A DNA stretch of 64,000 nucleotides from Nitrospira sp. (GCA_047150005.1 AP038806.1:3904001-3968000); one strand, 5' to 3'. Positions 1 to 12,906 are shown, counted from the first letter of the stretch. Notes: a model not told the origin generated them from the sequence alone. Numbers and translations: made by a program.

Positions 1-330
1 GAGCGCGGCGGTCTTGTGCTTCAGCACCGTCCGTTCAGCCCGTATCGTGTCCTGGACCTGACGATCGGCGGATGCGCCTCGCAAACACGTCTCGCCGAGT
101 GCGAGGATGCGATCGCACTCTTCCGTCAACTTCTTCTTCACCACAGGATTGACCGACAGAATGTCCATGAGCTGGCGCCTCGTGTCGGTCAAATGCTTCT
201 TCAGTTCCTCGTCGGGATAGGCTTTCCGAGCGGCCTCATCCAAGCAGCGGTCCAAATACTGGGCGAGAAATACGTACAACCGGACCAGTGCGGCAGCGAT
301 GTCAACCTGTTCCGTAGCGGTTACGGCCAT
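1..330 (-). CDS. Hypothetical helical protein, runs off the window edge (3' end missing)
   Basis: Manual translation of the minus strand from ATG at 330: MAVTATEQVDIAAALVRLYVFLAQYLDRCLDEAARKAYPDEELKKHL..., open to base 1. Purine-rich AAGAAAAGGA upstream; co-oriented with the Rieske and mrp genes. Absent from the ORF track because no stop lies in the window. Confidence 0.7.
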   Translation of the reverse strand, partial: MAVTATEQVDIAAALVRLYVFLAQYLDRCLDEAARKAYPDEELKKHLTDTRRQLMDILSVNPVVKKKLTEECDRILALGETCLRGASADRQVQDTIRAERTVLKHKTAAL

Positions 331-370
331 GATGGATCATCCTTTTCTTGTCTCGCGCGAGACAGAGAGA

Positions 371-676
371 TTAGAGGAGCACTTTCACGTCTGTGCCGTC
401 GACTTTCACTTGGTAGGCTTCGACCTTCCCCGACGGATTGTTCACACAGGCACCCGTGGTGACGTTGAACTGCCAGCCGTGCCAGGGGCAGGTCACAACC
501 TCACCTTCGACCTCACCTTCACCAAGCGGCCCTCCACGGTGAATGCAGGTATTATCGATGGCGTGAAACACTCCGTCGACATTGAAGAGGGCGATGGTCT
601 TCCCCTGCGCTTCCGTCACGATCCCGTGGCCCGGCTTAACATCTCCGGTTCCCGCTACCCGCACAAACTCTCCCAT
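371..676 (-). CDS. Rieske [2Fe-2S] ferredoxin (dioxygenase ferredoxin/NirD-like)
   Basis: CIHRGGPL and CPWHGW Rieske ligand motifs in a 101-aa protein. Confidence 0.92.
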   Translation of the reverse strand: MGEFVRVAGTGDVKPGHGIVTEAQGKTIALFNVDGVFHAIDNTCIHRGGPLGEGEVEGEVVTCPWHGWQFNVTTGACVNNPSGKVEAYQVKVDGTDVKVLL

Positions 677-703
677 GGATCCCCTCCCCAGTGTGAATCC
701 CGC

Positions 704-1579
704 TCATTGCTTGCCGAACGGTTGTTTGATCTTCTTCAAAAGGCTGTCGATCGAGGCGCCTTCTTTCTCCGACCCGCCCAATCGGCCGATGAGCTTCTGC
801 GCGATGTCTCTGAACGCGCCGGCCTGCGGCGACTCCGGATGCGCCACGACGATGGGATGTCCGCTGTCTCCGCCGTCGCGAATCGCCGGATCGATCGGAA
901 TGCGGCCCAGAAAGGGCACCCCCAGCTTCTCGGCGGCGCGCTCCCCGCCTCCGTGCGAGAAAATTTCCGTCCGCTCGCCGCAATGCCCGCAGACGAAGAA
1001 ACTCATGTTCTCGATGATGCCCAACAAGGGGACGTTGACCTTCTGAAACATCGCCATGCCCTTGCGCACATCGTAGAGGGCCACTTCCTGCGGCGTCGTC
1101 ACGGTCACGGCGCCGGCCAACGGCACCATCTGGGACAAGGACAGTTGGACATCTCCGGTACCGGGCGGAAGATCGATCAACAAATAATCCAGATCGCCCC
1201 AGAGCACGTCACGAAAAAACGCCTGCAAATACTGATGCACCATCGGCCCGCGCCAGACCAATGGGGCTTCCTCCGGAACCAGAAATGCCATCGAAATCAA
1301 TTTGACCCCATAGTTTTCGACCGGCAGGATCTTGCCGTCCTTCTGTTCCGGACCGGCGGTACTCCCCATCATCATCGGAATGTTCGGCCCGTAGAGATCC
1401 GCGTCCAGCAGGCCAACCTTTGCCCCGGTGAGGGCCAGTGCGCAGGCGAGGTTGGATGCAACGGTCGACTTCCCGACACCGCCTTTGCCGCTACTGACAG
1501 CAATGACGTGTTTCACTCCCGGGATAAGATTCTCTTTGGCTTGCGACGATTGCGACGCGTGGGTGTGTTCATCAGCCAT
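704..1579 (-). CDS. mrp: Mrp/NBP35/ApbC Fe-S cluster carrier ATPase
   Basis: SGKGGVGKST Walker A, DADLYGPN, WRGPMV, DLPPGTGD, ENMSFFVCGHC; start placed at MADEH. Confidence 0.93.
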   Translation of the reverse strand: MADEHTHASQSSQAKENLIPGVKHVIAVSSGKGGVGKSTVASNLACALALTGAKVGLLDADLYGPNIPMMMGSTAGPEQKDGKILPVENYGVKLISMAFLVPEEAPLVWRGPMVHQYLQAFFRDVLWGDLDYLLIDLPPGTGDVQLSLSQMVPLAGAVTVTTPQEVALYDVRKGMAMFQKVNVPLLGIIENMSFFVCGHCGERTEIFSHGGGERAAEKLGVPFLGRIPIDPAIRDGGDSGHPIVVAHPESPQAGAFRDIAQKLIGRLGGSEKEGASIDSLLKKIKQPFGKQ

Positions 1580-1662
1580 TACAATACCCTCCTCTCGCAA
1601 ACCTCAGACTCAGCCTGAGACCGAGTGGTCTGCCTACTCGCATCATAAGCGATGAAGGGAGA

Positions 1663-1692
1663 GAAAGAAAATGGGCCGGTTGGGCCAACCGG
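1663..1692 (-). terminator. Probable intrinsic terminator after the desaturase gene
   Basis: Inverted repeat CCGGTTGG-c-CCAACCGG followed on the minus strand by cccATTTTCTTTCTC. Confidence 0.5.
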
Positions 1693-1719
1693 GATGGGAC
1701 GACCGGGGTACGGCGGAGG

Positions 1720-2571
1720 CTATTCGACAAACACCGTCGGGTCGAGTCGACGAAGATTCGTCGCCAGTCCGAAGAGTGACAGGGAGTAGATAATCCACTT
1801 CGACGGATCAAAATTGTACCACTTGGCGCCGTTGCGATAATCGCGTGCGTAGGTGTGATGGTAGTTGTGGTAACCCTCCCCAAAACTGACCAAGGAGATC
1901 AGCCAGCTGTCCCGGCTGCTGTCGCTGTTGCCGTGCGGTTGCGTTCCATACATATGGCAGAGTGAATTGATCGCAAACGTCGAATTCAACACCATGAACA
2001 TGCGAAACATGCCGGCGAGCATAAAGCACCCGATCGCCCCCTGGATTCCTCCATGCAGGAATCCCAGAATGAGGGGGAAGGCAAGACCGGAGATCACGAT
2101 GGCATGGTAATGCTCGTGCTGCCACATGATCATCGGATCCTTGCGCAGCTGTCGCTCATACTTCTCGGTTCGATGGGGCGTATTGACGAACAACCACCCG
2201 CAGTGGCTGTGCCAAAAACCCTTTTGCGCGTTATACGGATCTTCCTCCTGGTCGGTTCGAGCATGATGGCGAATATGGTCGGCACACCACCGCAATGCGG
2301 AATTTTGCAGAGCCCATCCCCCGGCAATCAATAATACCGCCTTCACCCAGGGATGACATTCGAAACTCCGATGTGAGATCAGGCGATGGTAGCCCACCGT
2401 GATGCCCATGCCGGTGACAATGTATAAAACGCCGAATACCACCCAGTCAAAGAGCGTATAGCCGTAAAGAAAGCCGAACAACGGCGTCCCGATCAACGTC
2501 ACTGCCGCCACCAGGCAGAACAGGATGAATGTCTTGTACGCAAACGGCGAAGTCCACTTGGTATCGGGCAT
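1720..2571 (-). CDS. Delta-9-type acyl-CoA/fatty acid desaturase
   Basis: His boxes GYHRLISH, HIRHHA and GEGYHNYHH; hydrophobic segments; DPSKW. Confidence 0.93.
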   Translation of the reverse strand: MPDTKWTSPFAYKTFILFCLVAAVTLIGTPLFGFLYGYTLFDWVVFGVLYIVTGMGITVGYHRLISHRSFECHPWVKAVLLIAGGWALQNSALRWCADHIRHHARTDQEEDPYNAQKGFWHSHCGWLFVNTPHRTEKYERQLRKDPMIMWQHEHYHAIVISGLAFPLILGFLHGGIQGAIGCFMLAGMFRMFMVLNSTFAINSLCHMYGTQPHGNSDSSRDSWLISLVSFGEGYHNYHHTYARDYRNGAKWYNFDPSKWIIYSLSLFGLATNLRRLDPTVFVE

Positions 2572-2645
2572 CCCTACTCCTCGCGTTGAAATGAAGAAGG
2601 ACCGGCGATCAGTCTGTCCTGGCGGTCGCGCACTGCGTCATCGTG

Positions 2646-2708
2646 TATCAGACATATAGTAGCGAAGTGTCTGATAATTTTCAACAAAATCATTCCGGGG
2701 TGTATACT
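2646..2708. promoter_or_regulatory. Divergent sigma70-like promoters (desaturase / putA) with a 9-bp inverted repeat
   Basis: Minus strand: TTGAAA(2684-2679)-N17-TACTAT(2661-2656). Plus strand: TTCAAC(2680)-N17-TATACT(2703-2708). Inverted repeat TATCAGACA(2646-2654)-N13-TGTCTGATA(2668-2676). Confidence 0.55.
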
Positions 2709-2740
2709 GTATCAAATCGCCATCGAGTCGTCTCCTCCCC

Positions 2741-5692
2741 ATGAAAGCCACGCCATCCGATCTCGAACGCGCCATCCGCCGAATCGGTGAAGATCTCGCG
2801 CGGTTGTCCTCTGGCCAAACTCCGACGGTCTTTGAACGACGCTGGTGGTCCCAAGCCGCTATGAACTTGGCGATGCATGACCAGACGTTCAAGACCCAGC
2901 TGTTCCGGTTTATCGACGTGCTGCCTGCCGTCCCCAATGACGAACGCGTTGTTTCCTTGGCCGAGGAGTACTTCGGTTCAATGACTGATCGAACGTTCGG
3001 TTTGCGGTGGGGATTGAAGGCCCTGTCGGCCACCGGCATCGGTGCGCGGCTCACCGGCCATGCCATCAGATCCCAGGTCGAACAGATGGCGAGAACGTTC
3101 ATCGCCGGTTCGTCCGTCGACGACGCGGTCCCGGTGCTGAAAGGACTCCGCCAAGACGGAAAGCGCTGGTCGGTCGACCTCTTGGGCGAAGCCACCATCA
3201 GCGATCAGGAGGCCGATCGCTATCGGGACCGTTGCGTAGAGGCCTTGCGTACGCTGGCCCGCTCTGCCGCCGCACAGAAGGACGCCGGCCACCTGGACCA
3301 CGATCAGTTTGGACCCGTCCCACCCGTGCAATTGTCCCTCAAGTTATCCGCGCTGACGCCCCATCTTGACCCGATCGATCCTGAAGGCACCTATGACTCG
3401 GTTGCGCCCCGTTTGCGCTCCATCGTCGACACCGCCAAGGACGTGGATGCCTCGTTGATATTCGACATGGAGCAAGCCGAAGTCAAAGATTTGATCATCA
3501 CGATCTTTACACGATTATTCTCCGAAACGGCGTACCTGACGTTTCGCCATGCCGGCATCGCCATGCAGGCGTATCATCGGGAGACCGTCCGCGACGTCGA
3601 ACGGCTGATGGAATGGATCCGCAAGCGGCAAACGCCCTTGACCATTCGCTTGGTCAAGGGAGCCTATTGGGACAGCGATACCATTCACTATCGTCAAAAG
3701 GGATGGCCTGTTCCCCTCTTCGAGCGAAAAACGGACACGGACGCCAATTTCGAGGGGCTCGTCCAGACGCTGCTGAACCAGGCCTCCCTGATTCGGCCGG
3801 CCTTCGGTACGCATAATTTGAGAACGCTCGCCTGCATCGAAGCAGTGGCTGAACGCTTAGGACTAGGACGGGAAGCCTATGAGTATCAGATGATCTTCGG
3901 CATGGCCGAGCCGTTTCAGCATGCCATCCTGCAGCGGCACCGCTGCCTGCGCCTCTATACTCCGGTTGGAGAGCTTCTGCCTGGAATGGCCTATCTCGTG
4001 CGCCGACTCCTCGAAAACACCTCGAACGAATCGTTCCTCCGCAAGGAATATGTCGAGTCTGAGCCGCTCCAGCGCCTCCTCGATCCGCCCGCCGGAGGTC
4101 AAACAGCGTCGACACCCCAACCGAACGCCGACTCCGGCTTCCGAAACGAACCGACACAGGACTTCTCTCAGGCGGCGGCGCGCGACGCGATGCGTGAGGC
4201 GATCCGAACCGTCAGGACGCAACTGGACCGGCAATGGGACGCAACCCCCGCCTCCCTCTCGCGCGCCGGTCCGATCCTCCTTTCCCACAATCCTGCGCGC
4301 CCCGACGAGATCGTCGCGCGGGTTCACGGCGCCGATGTCGGCGACGCCGACCGTGCCGTCGACGCTTGTCTCAATGCCTGGGGGGCGTGGCGCGAGACCA
4401 CGACAGAACACCGGGCAGACACCCTGCGCCGCGCGGCGGCTTTGATGCGCGACAGAAAGTCCGAATTGGCGGCCTGGGAGGTCTCGGAATGTGCGAAACC
4501 TTGGCGGGAGGCGGATGCGGACGTCGCCGAGGCGATCGATTTCCTGGAGTTCTACGCCCGCGAATGGCTGCGACTGGCGCCCCCCGCACGATTGGGACGG
4601 ATTCCCGGTGAATTGAACCATCGCCTGCTCGACCCGCGAGGCGTCACCGTCGTGATCTCTCCCTGGAATTTTCCCCTGGCCATCCCGACAGGCATGGTAT
4701 CGGCGGCCTTGGTGGCCGGTAATCCCGTCATCTTCAAACCATCGGAGCGGTCCTCAGTGATCGGCCTGTTCCTCGTTTCGCTGCTCCATGAGGCCGGTGT
4801 ACCGCCGGACATCCTGATCGGCATGCCGGGCGGCGCGGAAATCGGACAGGCGCTGGTAGGACATCGCGACGTCGCCACGATCGCCTTCACGGGATCGAAG
4901 AAGGTCGGGCTCGAACTCCTCCGCGAGACGGCGACGGTACTGCCGGGTCAACACATGGTGAAGCGCGTGATCGCGGAAATGGGAGGAAAGAACGCCATCA
5001 TCATTGACGACACCGCCGATCTCGACGAGGCCGTCACCGGAGTTGTGATATCGGCCACCGGCTACGCCGGGCAGAAGTGTTCCGCCTGTTCGCGGGTCAT
5101 CGTGCATGAGGCCGTGTACGACATCTGTGTTCGTCGTTTGCAGGAGGCCCTCGCCTGCCTGCGCGTAGGGGACCCGGAAAAGCCCGGCACCCACATGGGT
5201 CCGGTCATTGATGCGAGAGCACAATCGACCATCCTCGATTACATCGCGGCCGGCAAACAAGAGGCCCGTCTAGTTGAAGACAGGAAACATCTCACGCCGG
5301 GCTGGTACGTCGGTCCCACCCTCTTTGCCGACGTGAATCCGAGCGCCCGGATTGCGCAGGAGGAGATCTTTGGACCGGTCCTGGCCGTCATGAAAGCCGC
5401 CTCCTTTGAGGAAGCCCTTCGCCTGGCCAATGCGACGGATTACGGATTGACCGGTGGAGTCTATTCCCGCAGTCCGGCCAATCTCGACCTGGCGCGACGG
5501 CACTTTGACGTGGGAAATCTGTACTTGAATCGGCCCATCACCGGCGCCCTGGTGGGGCGACAGCCGTTCGGAGGCCATCGGCTGTCAGGGATCGGGGCGA
5601 AGGCCGGTGGTGAGGACTACTTGTTGCAATTTGTGGTCGTGAGAATCGTCAGCGAACAGACCCTGCGCCGGGGATTCGCTCCGGCCGAGTGA
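2741..5692 (+). CDS. putA: Bifunctional proline dehydrogenase / glutamate-semialdehyde (P5C) dehydrogenase
   Basis: PRODH motifs (DLLGEA, RLVKGAYWD, YLVRRLLEN) and ALDH motifs (SPWNFP, FTGS, EMGGKN, GQKCSA, EEIFGP, QPFGG). Confidence 0.96.
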   Translation: MKATPSDLERAIRRIGEDLARLSSGQTPTVFERRWWSQAAMNLAMHDQTFKTQLFRFIDVLPAVPNDERVVSLAEEYFGSMTDRTFGLRWGLKALSATGIGARLTGHAIRSQVEQMARTFIAGSSVDDAVPVLKGLRQDGKRWSVDLLGEATISDQEADRYRDRCVEALRTLARSAAAQKDAGHLDHDQFGPVPPVQLSLKLSALTPHLDPIDPEGTYDSVAPRLRSIVDTAKDVDASLIFDMEQAEVKDLIITIFTRLFSETAYLTFRHAGIAMQAYHRETVRDVERLMEWIRKRQTPLTIRLVKGAYWDSDTIHYRQKGWPVPLFERKTDTDANFEGLVQTLLNQASLIRPAFGTHNLRTLACIEAVAERLGLGREAYEYQMIFGMAEPFQHAILQRHRCLRLYTPVGELLPGMAYLVRRLLENTSNESFLRKEYVESEPLQRLLDPPAGGQTASTPQPNADSGFRNEPTQDFSQAAARDAMREAIRTVRTQLDRQWDATPASLSRAGPILLSHNPARPDEIVARVHGADVGDADRAVDACLNAWGAWRETTTEHRADTLRRAAALMRDRKSELAAWEVSECAKPWREADADVAEAIDFLEFYAREWLRLAPPARLGRIPGELNHRLLDPRGVTVVISPWNFPLAIPTGMVSAALVAGNPVIFKPSERSSVIGLFLVSLLHEAGVPPDILIGMPGGAEIGQALVGHRDVATIAFTGSKKVGLELLRETATVLPGQHMVKRVIAEMGGKNAIIIDDTADLDEAVTGVVISATGYAGQKCSACSRVIVHEAVYDICVRRLQEALACLRVGDPEKPGTHMGPVIDARAQSTILDYIAAGKQEARLVEDRKHLTPGWYVGPTLFADVNPSARIAQEEIFGPVLAVMKAASFEEALRLANATDYGLTGGVYSRSPANLDLARRHFDVGNLYLNRPITGALVGRQPFGGHRLSGIGAKAGGEDYLLQFVVVRIVSEQTLRRGFAPAE

Positions 5693-6475
5693 CGCCTTCG
5701 AAGGCTTGATCTCAAACGATTCCAGTTCTTCCGTGATCTCCGTAATCACACCTCGGTCCTGCAACGGAGACAGTTCCTGCCGTTCGACGTACTTGACCAG
5801 TCCCACCCCTTTGACAAACCAGGCGGCCATGACGTCCGTGCCGGACACGGTTTTCTTTGCGCCGGACAATCGAATGGTCATCTGCATTCTGGCTTCGATC
5901 TTCACTGCGTCCGTGAAGGTCCCGGCCGGAACGGTGACCGATTCCTGGCCCACGACGGTCGAGCTGCCCTGCACATCGACCTTTTCGTTGACTCCATCCT
6001 GGTCCATATCGGTCCCGAAATCCAGCTCCTTCTTGTCGAACTGCGAAAATGAAGACGCAATCTTCATGGGAAACCGGACGATCTGATACGGAACCAGTTG
6101 TTTCTCCAACGGCGTTCCTGGCTCAGACCCGTAATAGACGATACCGACCGCGTCTCGACGGTAGAAGCTGTCGGAGACGCCGTGATTGCCGGGATTGGTA
6201 TCGTGAAACATGGTCACCGTGACCCCTTTCAACGATTTCGTTCCCGTCACGGACGACACGTTTTGAAACGACTTGTGTTCGATCGTCTGAACCGGCCCTT
6301 CGGTGATCTGCCCTCGATACTCCCAGTGGCTGCCGATCGTATCCGGAAAATAGTCCTGTGACTGAACGATCGTGCCGAGATCCTCGACCGCAAAGGAAAG
6401 AGAGGCCGATAGGCCGAGCAGCATGGAATAGAATACGGTCACGAATGGATTGGTTCGTCTCTTCGCACGCGGCAT
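5585..6475 (-). CDS. Hypothetical exported beta-rich protein
   Basis: GGAGGA SD before MPRAKRR; signal-peptide-like N-terminus; YFP..G..WEY and TVPAGTF motifs; 3' end overlaps putA by 108 nt. Confidence 0.75.
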   Translation of the reverse strand: MPRAKRRTNPFVTVFYSMLLGLSASLSFAVEDLGTIVQSQDYFPDTIGSHWEYRGQITEGPVQTIEHKSFQNVSSVTGTKSLKGVTVTMFHDTNPGNHGVSDSFYRRDAVGIVYYGSEPGTPLEKQLVPYQIVRFPMKIASSFSQFDKKELDFGTDMDQDGVNEKVDVQGSSTVVGQESVTVPAGTFTDAVKIEARMQMTIRLSGAKKTVSGTDVMAAWFVKGVGLVKYVERQELSPLQDRGVITEITEELESFEIKPSKASLGRSESPAQGLFADDSHDHKLQQVVLTTGLRPDP

Positions 6476-6593
6476 GCGCGATTCCTCCATAATCACCGGT
6501 CTGTGACCGTATCATAGGCTCGCGTGACGCGGCAAGCCGACCCTGTTTCCCTTCTGCTTGCCTTGGCTGCCGATCCAAATCATAATCCGGCCC

Positions 6594-8762
<2,169 letters not shown>

Positions 8763-8795
8763 AGCCGTATTGTCATTGTACCTCGAAAACTCCAG

Positions 8796-8919
8796 CAGGT
8801 TATTCAAAAAGTTCGTCCAGCGAGGCCGCAGTGAACGAGGGCCCGAGGCGTACTCTGTTTGGTACGTCGAGGGTCCGAGTGATATGAGAACGAAGCTGGA
8901 GGACTTTTTCAACAACCTG
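8796..8919. mobile_element. ~125-bp MITE/REP-like element with imperfect terminal inverted repeats
   Basis: Left end CAGGTTATTCAAAAAGTTCGTCCAGC versus reverse complement of right end CAGGTTGTTGAAAAAGTCCTCCAGC; internal GCGTAC..GTACGT hairpin; lies between accC and thiE. Confidence 0.7.
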
Positions 8920-10260
8920 TTAACCGGCGAGGAAGCGGTCCAGGAACGTCGTGGAGACATGCCCCTTTTGGAAGTCAGGATCGTTGAGGATGCGTTTGTG
9001 GAGCGGGATCGTCGTCTTGATGCCTTCGATCACGAATTCATCGAGCGCACGACGCATGCGGGCGATGGCCTCCTGCCGATCGCGTCCGTGGGTGATCACC
9101 TTGGCAATCATGGAGTCGTAATGCGGCACGACCATGGCGTTGGATTCCATCGCCGAATCAACTCGCACCCCAAACCCGCCAGGGGCGCTGTATCTCGTGA
9201 TCAGGCCTGGCGACGGAGTGAACTTTTCAGGGTCCTCGGCGTTGATCCGGCATTCGAGGCTATGGCCGTTCAGCTTGATGTCCTGCTGCTTGAAGGACAG
9301 CGCTTGTCCATCGGCCAGACGAATCTGTTCCTTGATCAGATCGATCCCCGTAACCATTTCCGTGATGGGGTGTTCGACTTGAATTCTGGTATTCACTTCC
9401 ATGAAGAAGAAATTTTGATCCTTGTCCAGGAGAAACTCCACGGTGCCGACGTTGCGATAGTGGACCGCCTTCACCGCTTCCACCGCGGTCCGCCCGATTT
9501 CCCGACGGAGCTTTTCGTCGACGGCCGGGGACGGCGTTTCTTCCACCAGCTTCTGGTGCCGCCGTTGGATCGAGCAGTCCCGCTCTCCGAGATGCACCAC
9601 GTGACCGCGATGGTCGGCGACAATCTGAACCTCGATGTGGCGCGGCTCCAGAAAGTATCGTTCGAGATAGACGCTGTCGTTGCCAAAAGTGGACTTGGCC
9701 TCGGCCTGCGCCGCCTGAAACGCGCGACCGAGATCATCCGCCTTATTGACGACGCGCATGCCGCGGCCGCCTCCGCCGGCCGCCGCCTTGATGATGACGG
9801 GATAGCCGATCTTTTGAGCCGCCTCCAAGGCTTCCTGCTCGCTCTTCAGACCGCCCGGGCTTCCCGGCGTCACGGGTAGACCGCGCTTGGCGACAATCTC
9901 ACGAGCCTTGGCCTTATCCCCCATGAGGGCGATATTTTCGGAGGTGGGCCCGATGAATTTCACCCCGATCGATTCGCAGACTTCGGCGAAGTGGGCGTTT
10001 TCGGAGAGGAAGCCGTACCCCGGGTGGATCGCGTCCGCGCCGGTAATCTCGGCGGCGCTCAGTACGTTGGGAATATTGCGATAACTGAGGGCCGCTTCCG
10101 CGGGGCCGACGCAGACCCGTTCATCCGCCGCTCGGACGTGCACCCCGTTGGCATCGGCCTCGGAGTGGATCGCCACCGTCTTGATTCCGAGCTCTTTGCA
10201 GGCCCGGATGACGCGAAGCGCGATTTCCCCTCGATTGGCGACGAGAACTTTCTTGAACAA
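8920..10260 (-). CDS. accC: Acetyl-CoA carboxylase, biotin carboxylase subunit
   Basis: [51 protein letters not shown]. Confidence 0.97.
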   Translation of the reverse strand: MFKKVLVANRGEIALRVIRACKELGIKTVAIHSEADANGVHVRAADERVCVGPAEAALSYRNIPNVLSAAEITGADAIHPGYGFLSENAHFAEVCESIGVKFIGPTSENIALMGDKAKAREIVAKRGLPVTPGSPGGLKSEQEALEAAQKIGYPVIIKAAAGGGGRGMRVVNKADDLGRAFQAAQAEAKSTFGNDSVYLERYFLEPRHIEVQIVADHRGHVVHLGERDCSIQRRHQKLVEETPSPAVDEKLRREIGRTAVEAVKAVHYRNVGTVEFLLDKDQNFFFMEVNTRIQVEHPITEMVTGIDLIKEQIRLADGQALSFKQQDIKLNGHSLECRINAEDPEKFTPSPGLITRYSAPGGFGVRVDSAMESNAMVVPHYDSMIAKVITHGRDRQEAIARMRRALDEFVIEGIKTTIPLHKRILNDPDFQKGHVSTTFLDRFLAG

Positions 10261-10318
10261 GCCGTGGCTCCGGTACGATGAGGTGATCAGTCTGTCATGC
10301 AGAACGTGTCACGGACTG

Positions 10319-10891
10319 TTAGGCCGTGGCCTTGGGATCAATACGAAAAAGGGCTTGTCCGTACTCGACCGGTTTGGTGCTTTCGGCGAGGATTTTGACC
10401 ACCTGACCGTCGACTTCGGACTCGATTTCGTTCATCAACTTCATCGCCTCGACGATACACAACACTTGTCCCTTCTTGACGAAATCACCTTCCTCGACAT
10501 AGGGGTCGGCGTCCGGAGACGGCGACCGATAGAACGTACCGACGATGGGAGATGTGATCGTGACCAACCCCGCCGTGTCCTCGGTCGCGCCACTGGGCGA
10601 GACCGCCGGTTGGGATGCGCCGCCCGCGCCGACCGGAGCGATATCGGTCACGGCCGCGGTGATGGTCTTGACTCCAACCTCATGCCGAATCCTGATGCGC
10701 ACCCCTTCCCGCTCCAATTCCAATTCGGTCAGGTTGTTCCGTTTGAGCAGGTCAACCAACTCCTGGATGTGCTTGGACTGGCTTCCCGTCAGGAATGGCC
10801 GGCCCGCGTCTCCTGACCCCGCCGCCAGGGCCTGGGGCAGGACGATGGGAGTCTCACGTTTCTTAGAGCGACGAGGCTTGCCCCGGCTCAC
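10319..10891 (-). CDS. accB: Biotin carboxyl carrier protein
   Basis: [22 protein letters not shown] biotinylation motif. Confidence 0.95.
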   Translation of the reverse strand: MSRGKPRRSKKRETPIVLPQALAAGSGDAGRPFLTGSQSKHIQELVDLLKRNNLTELELEREGVRIRIRHEVGVKTITAAVTDIAPVGAGGASQPAVSPSGATEDTAGLVTITSPIVGTFYRSPSPDADPYVEEGDFVKKGQVLCIVEAMKLMNEIESEVDGQVVKILAESTKPVEYGQALFRIDPKATA

Positions 10892-11448
10892 CGGACGCGC
10901 TCCACATAGGCTCTTGTGCGAGTGTCGATCTTAATCACGGTGCCCACCTCCAGATAGAGTGGAACCTTGATCGTCGCGCCGGTTTCGACGATAGCCGGCT
11001 TCGTGCCGCCGGATGCCGTATCTCCCCGCACACCCGGTTCCGCATCCACCACCTTGAGCTCGATAAAAATCGGCAGCTCGACGTCGATCGGGCGATGTTC
11101 GTAAATCAGGATCTTGGCGACCATGTTCTCTTTGAGGAGATCCGCGTTGTCCCCGAGTTGCTTCTTGGCGAAGGTCAGTTGCTCGTAGCTCTCCGTATCC
11201 ATGAACGTGTAGTCGTCGCCCGTGGCATAGAGAAACTGCATTTCCCGTTCTTCAAGGTCCGGTTCCTCGAACCGCTCGCCGGACCGGAAGGTCCGATCGA
11301 GTACGTTGCCGGAGATGTAACTCTTGAGCTTGGTACGGACAAACGCACCGCCTTTTCCCGGTTTCACATGCTGAAACTCGACGATATAAAACGGCTCCCC
11401 GTCGATCAAAAGCCGTACGCCGCCTCGAAAATCAGTGGTCGAAATCAC
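10888..11448 (-). CDS. efp: Elongation factor P
   Basis: [25 protein letters not shown]. Confidence 0.97.
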   Translation of the reverse strand: MISTTDFRGGVRLLIDGEPFYIVEFQHVKPGKGGAFVRTKLKSYISGNVLDRTFRSGERFEEPDLEEREMQFLYATGDDYTFMDTESYEQLTFAKKQLGDNADLLKENMVAKILIYEHRPIDVELPIFIELKVVDAEPGVRGDTASGGTKPAIVETGATIKVPLYLEVGTVIKIDTRTRAYVERVR

Positions 11449-11500
11449 TCGATGCTCCCTTCACATTGATTGGATCGTGGTTGGTCAAATCGTGAACACG

Positions 11501-12001
11501 TTAGCGTCGACCCGTCCGCCGCGGAGACGTTGCCGTCTTGGATGAGGGTTCTTTCTTCAGACGGCGGGCCGTGAGATGGCCGTGCAGCCCGCGAAGCGCC
11601 AACAGATAGCCGGCCGGCCCCAGTCCTGAAATCTGCCCAAGTGCCACTCCGGCGACATAGGACCGATGGCGAAAATCTTCCCGCTGATGAATGTTGGACA
11701 CATGGACCTCGATCGTCGGCAAATTCACGGCTACCAAGGCGTCTCGAATGGCCACGCTGGTGTGCGTGTAGGCGGCGGGATTAATGATCACCCCGTGATA
11801 TCCACTTCGAGCCTCCTGAATCCACGTCACCAACTCCCCTTCGTGATTGGACTGTCGAATATCGACTTCGACGGCAAGTTCCTCCGCCAGCTTGGCGATA
11901 TCGGCATCAATGGCATCGAGGGGTGCGGAACCATAAACGTCCTGCTCCCTGGTGCCCAGAAGGTTGAGATTCGGACCGTGCAATACGAGTATCCGTAGCA
12001 T
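11501..12001 (-). CDS. aroQ: Type II 3-dehydroquinate dehydratase
   Basis: [34 protein letters not shown]. Confidence 0.95.
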   Translation of the reverse strand: MLRILVLHGPNLNLLGTREQDVYGSAPLDAIDADIAKLAEELAVEVDIRQSNHEGELVTWIQEARSGYHGVIINPAAYTHTSVAIRDALVAVNLPTIEVHVSNIHQREDFRHRSYVAGVALGQISGLGPAGYLLALRGLHGHLTARRLKKEPSSKTATSPRRTGRR

Positions 12002-12065
12002 GAACAACTCTGTGATCGGATGCAACGCTCGACAGGCTACCTTCTCGGGCGACCGGCAGGGCGGC

Positions 12066-12094
12066 ATTGTAACAGGCCGTCCGGTGTGGGTCAA
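12066..12094 (-). promoter_or_regulatory. Sigma70-like promoter upstream of aroQ-efp-accB-accC
   Basis: TTGACC-N17-TACAAT with extended -10 TG. Confidence 0.6.
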
Positions 12095-12105
12095 ACCTCT
12101 GAATT

Positions 12106-12906
12106 CTATCGGGAACTTGGAGAACCGGACCGTCCTGATCCGTTGCGGTCACAGCGCGCTCGCTCGATGGAGCGGAGCCAGGCCTCCAGTTGCGCGATGG
12201 TCTCGGCATGGGGAGAGGGGGCAGGAACGGAGGCAACAGCACTCAGTGAGGACTTGACGGGCGCAGTCCGATCTTGCGCAACTTGATCGTCCGGAGCGAT
12301 CGGCGTGTGGTCTGCGACCTCATGCTTCGTCGTCGCATCAACCGCCACATCCTGCGATGGGGTTCCTAGACCGCCGGTTTTTTCACGATCGACTTTGTCC
12401 GACACCGTAGGAGCTGCGACGTCCGTGCGGTCGACGCGGCCGACCGGGCGTATCTGTAGCGGTCTTCCGGTTTCCGAAACGGTAGGTTTCCCCAGTTTTT
12501 CCCTGATAGACCGTGCTTCCTCATCGCGAGGATTCAACGCCAGGATCACCTCGCAACTTCTCAACGCCTCATCCGACGAGCCCTGAGCAACATAAATCTT
12601 GATGAGGGTTCGGTGAGCACGAAGATTCTCGGGGCTCAACTTGACCGCTTCTTCAAGGAGGACCTTGGCCTTCGTCGTCTGCCCAAGTTGATCATAGGCG
12701 CGACCAAGCACCACCATCGCGGTGATGAATCCCGGATAAAACTTCAGTCCATCCTCCAGCACACCGGCTGCTTCCTGCCACATGCCGGCCTTACAGTACT
12801 CTTCCGCCAACGGCAGGAACACTTTGGATTGAGGATCTTTGGCCAACTGCAGGGCCATCCGATCTATTTCCATGGCACTGGCCGAGAGCTTCTGATTCGG
12901 GGGCAT
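12106..12906 (-). CDS. Tetratricopeptide-repeat protein
   Basis: N-terminal TPR-like helices (FLPLAEEY..., LGRAYDQLG..., LSPEN) and a low-complexity C-terminal half. Confidence 0.8.
   Translation of the reverse strand: MPPNQKLSASAMEIDRMALQLAKDPQSKVFLPLAEEYCKAGMWQEAAGVLEDGLKFYPGFITAMVVLGRAYDQLGQTTKAKVLLEEAVKLSPENLRAHRTLIKIYVAQGSSDEALRSCEVILALNPRDEEARSIREKLGKPTVSETGRPLQIRPVGRVDRTDVAAPTVSDKVDREKTGGLGTPSQDVAVDATTKHEVADHTPIAPDDQVAQDRTAPVKSSLSAVASVPAPSPHAETIAQLEAWLRSIERARCDRNGSGRSGSPSSR

Noticed and set aside
8763..8960. N-terminal extension of ThiE in the ORF track
   Set aside because: It is the translation of the MITE-like repeat and the accC 3' end; ThiE similarity begins near GLYVI
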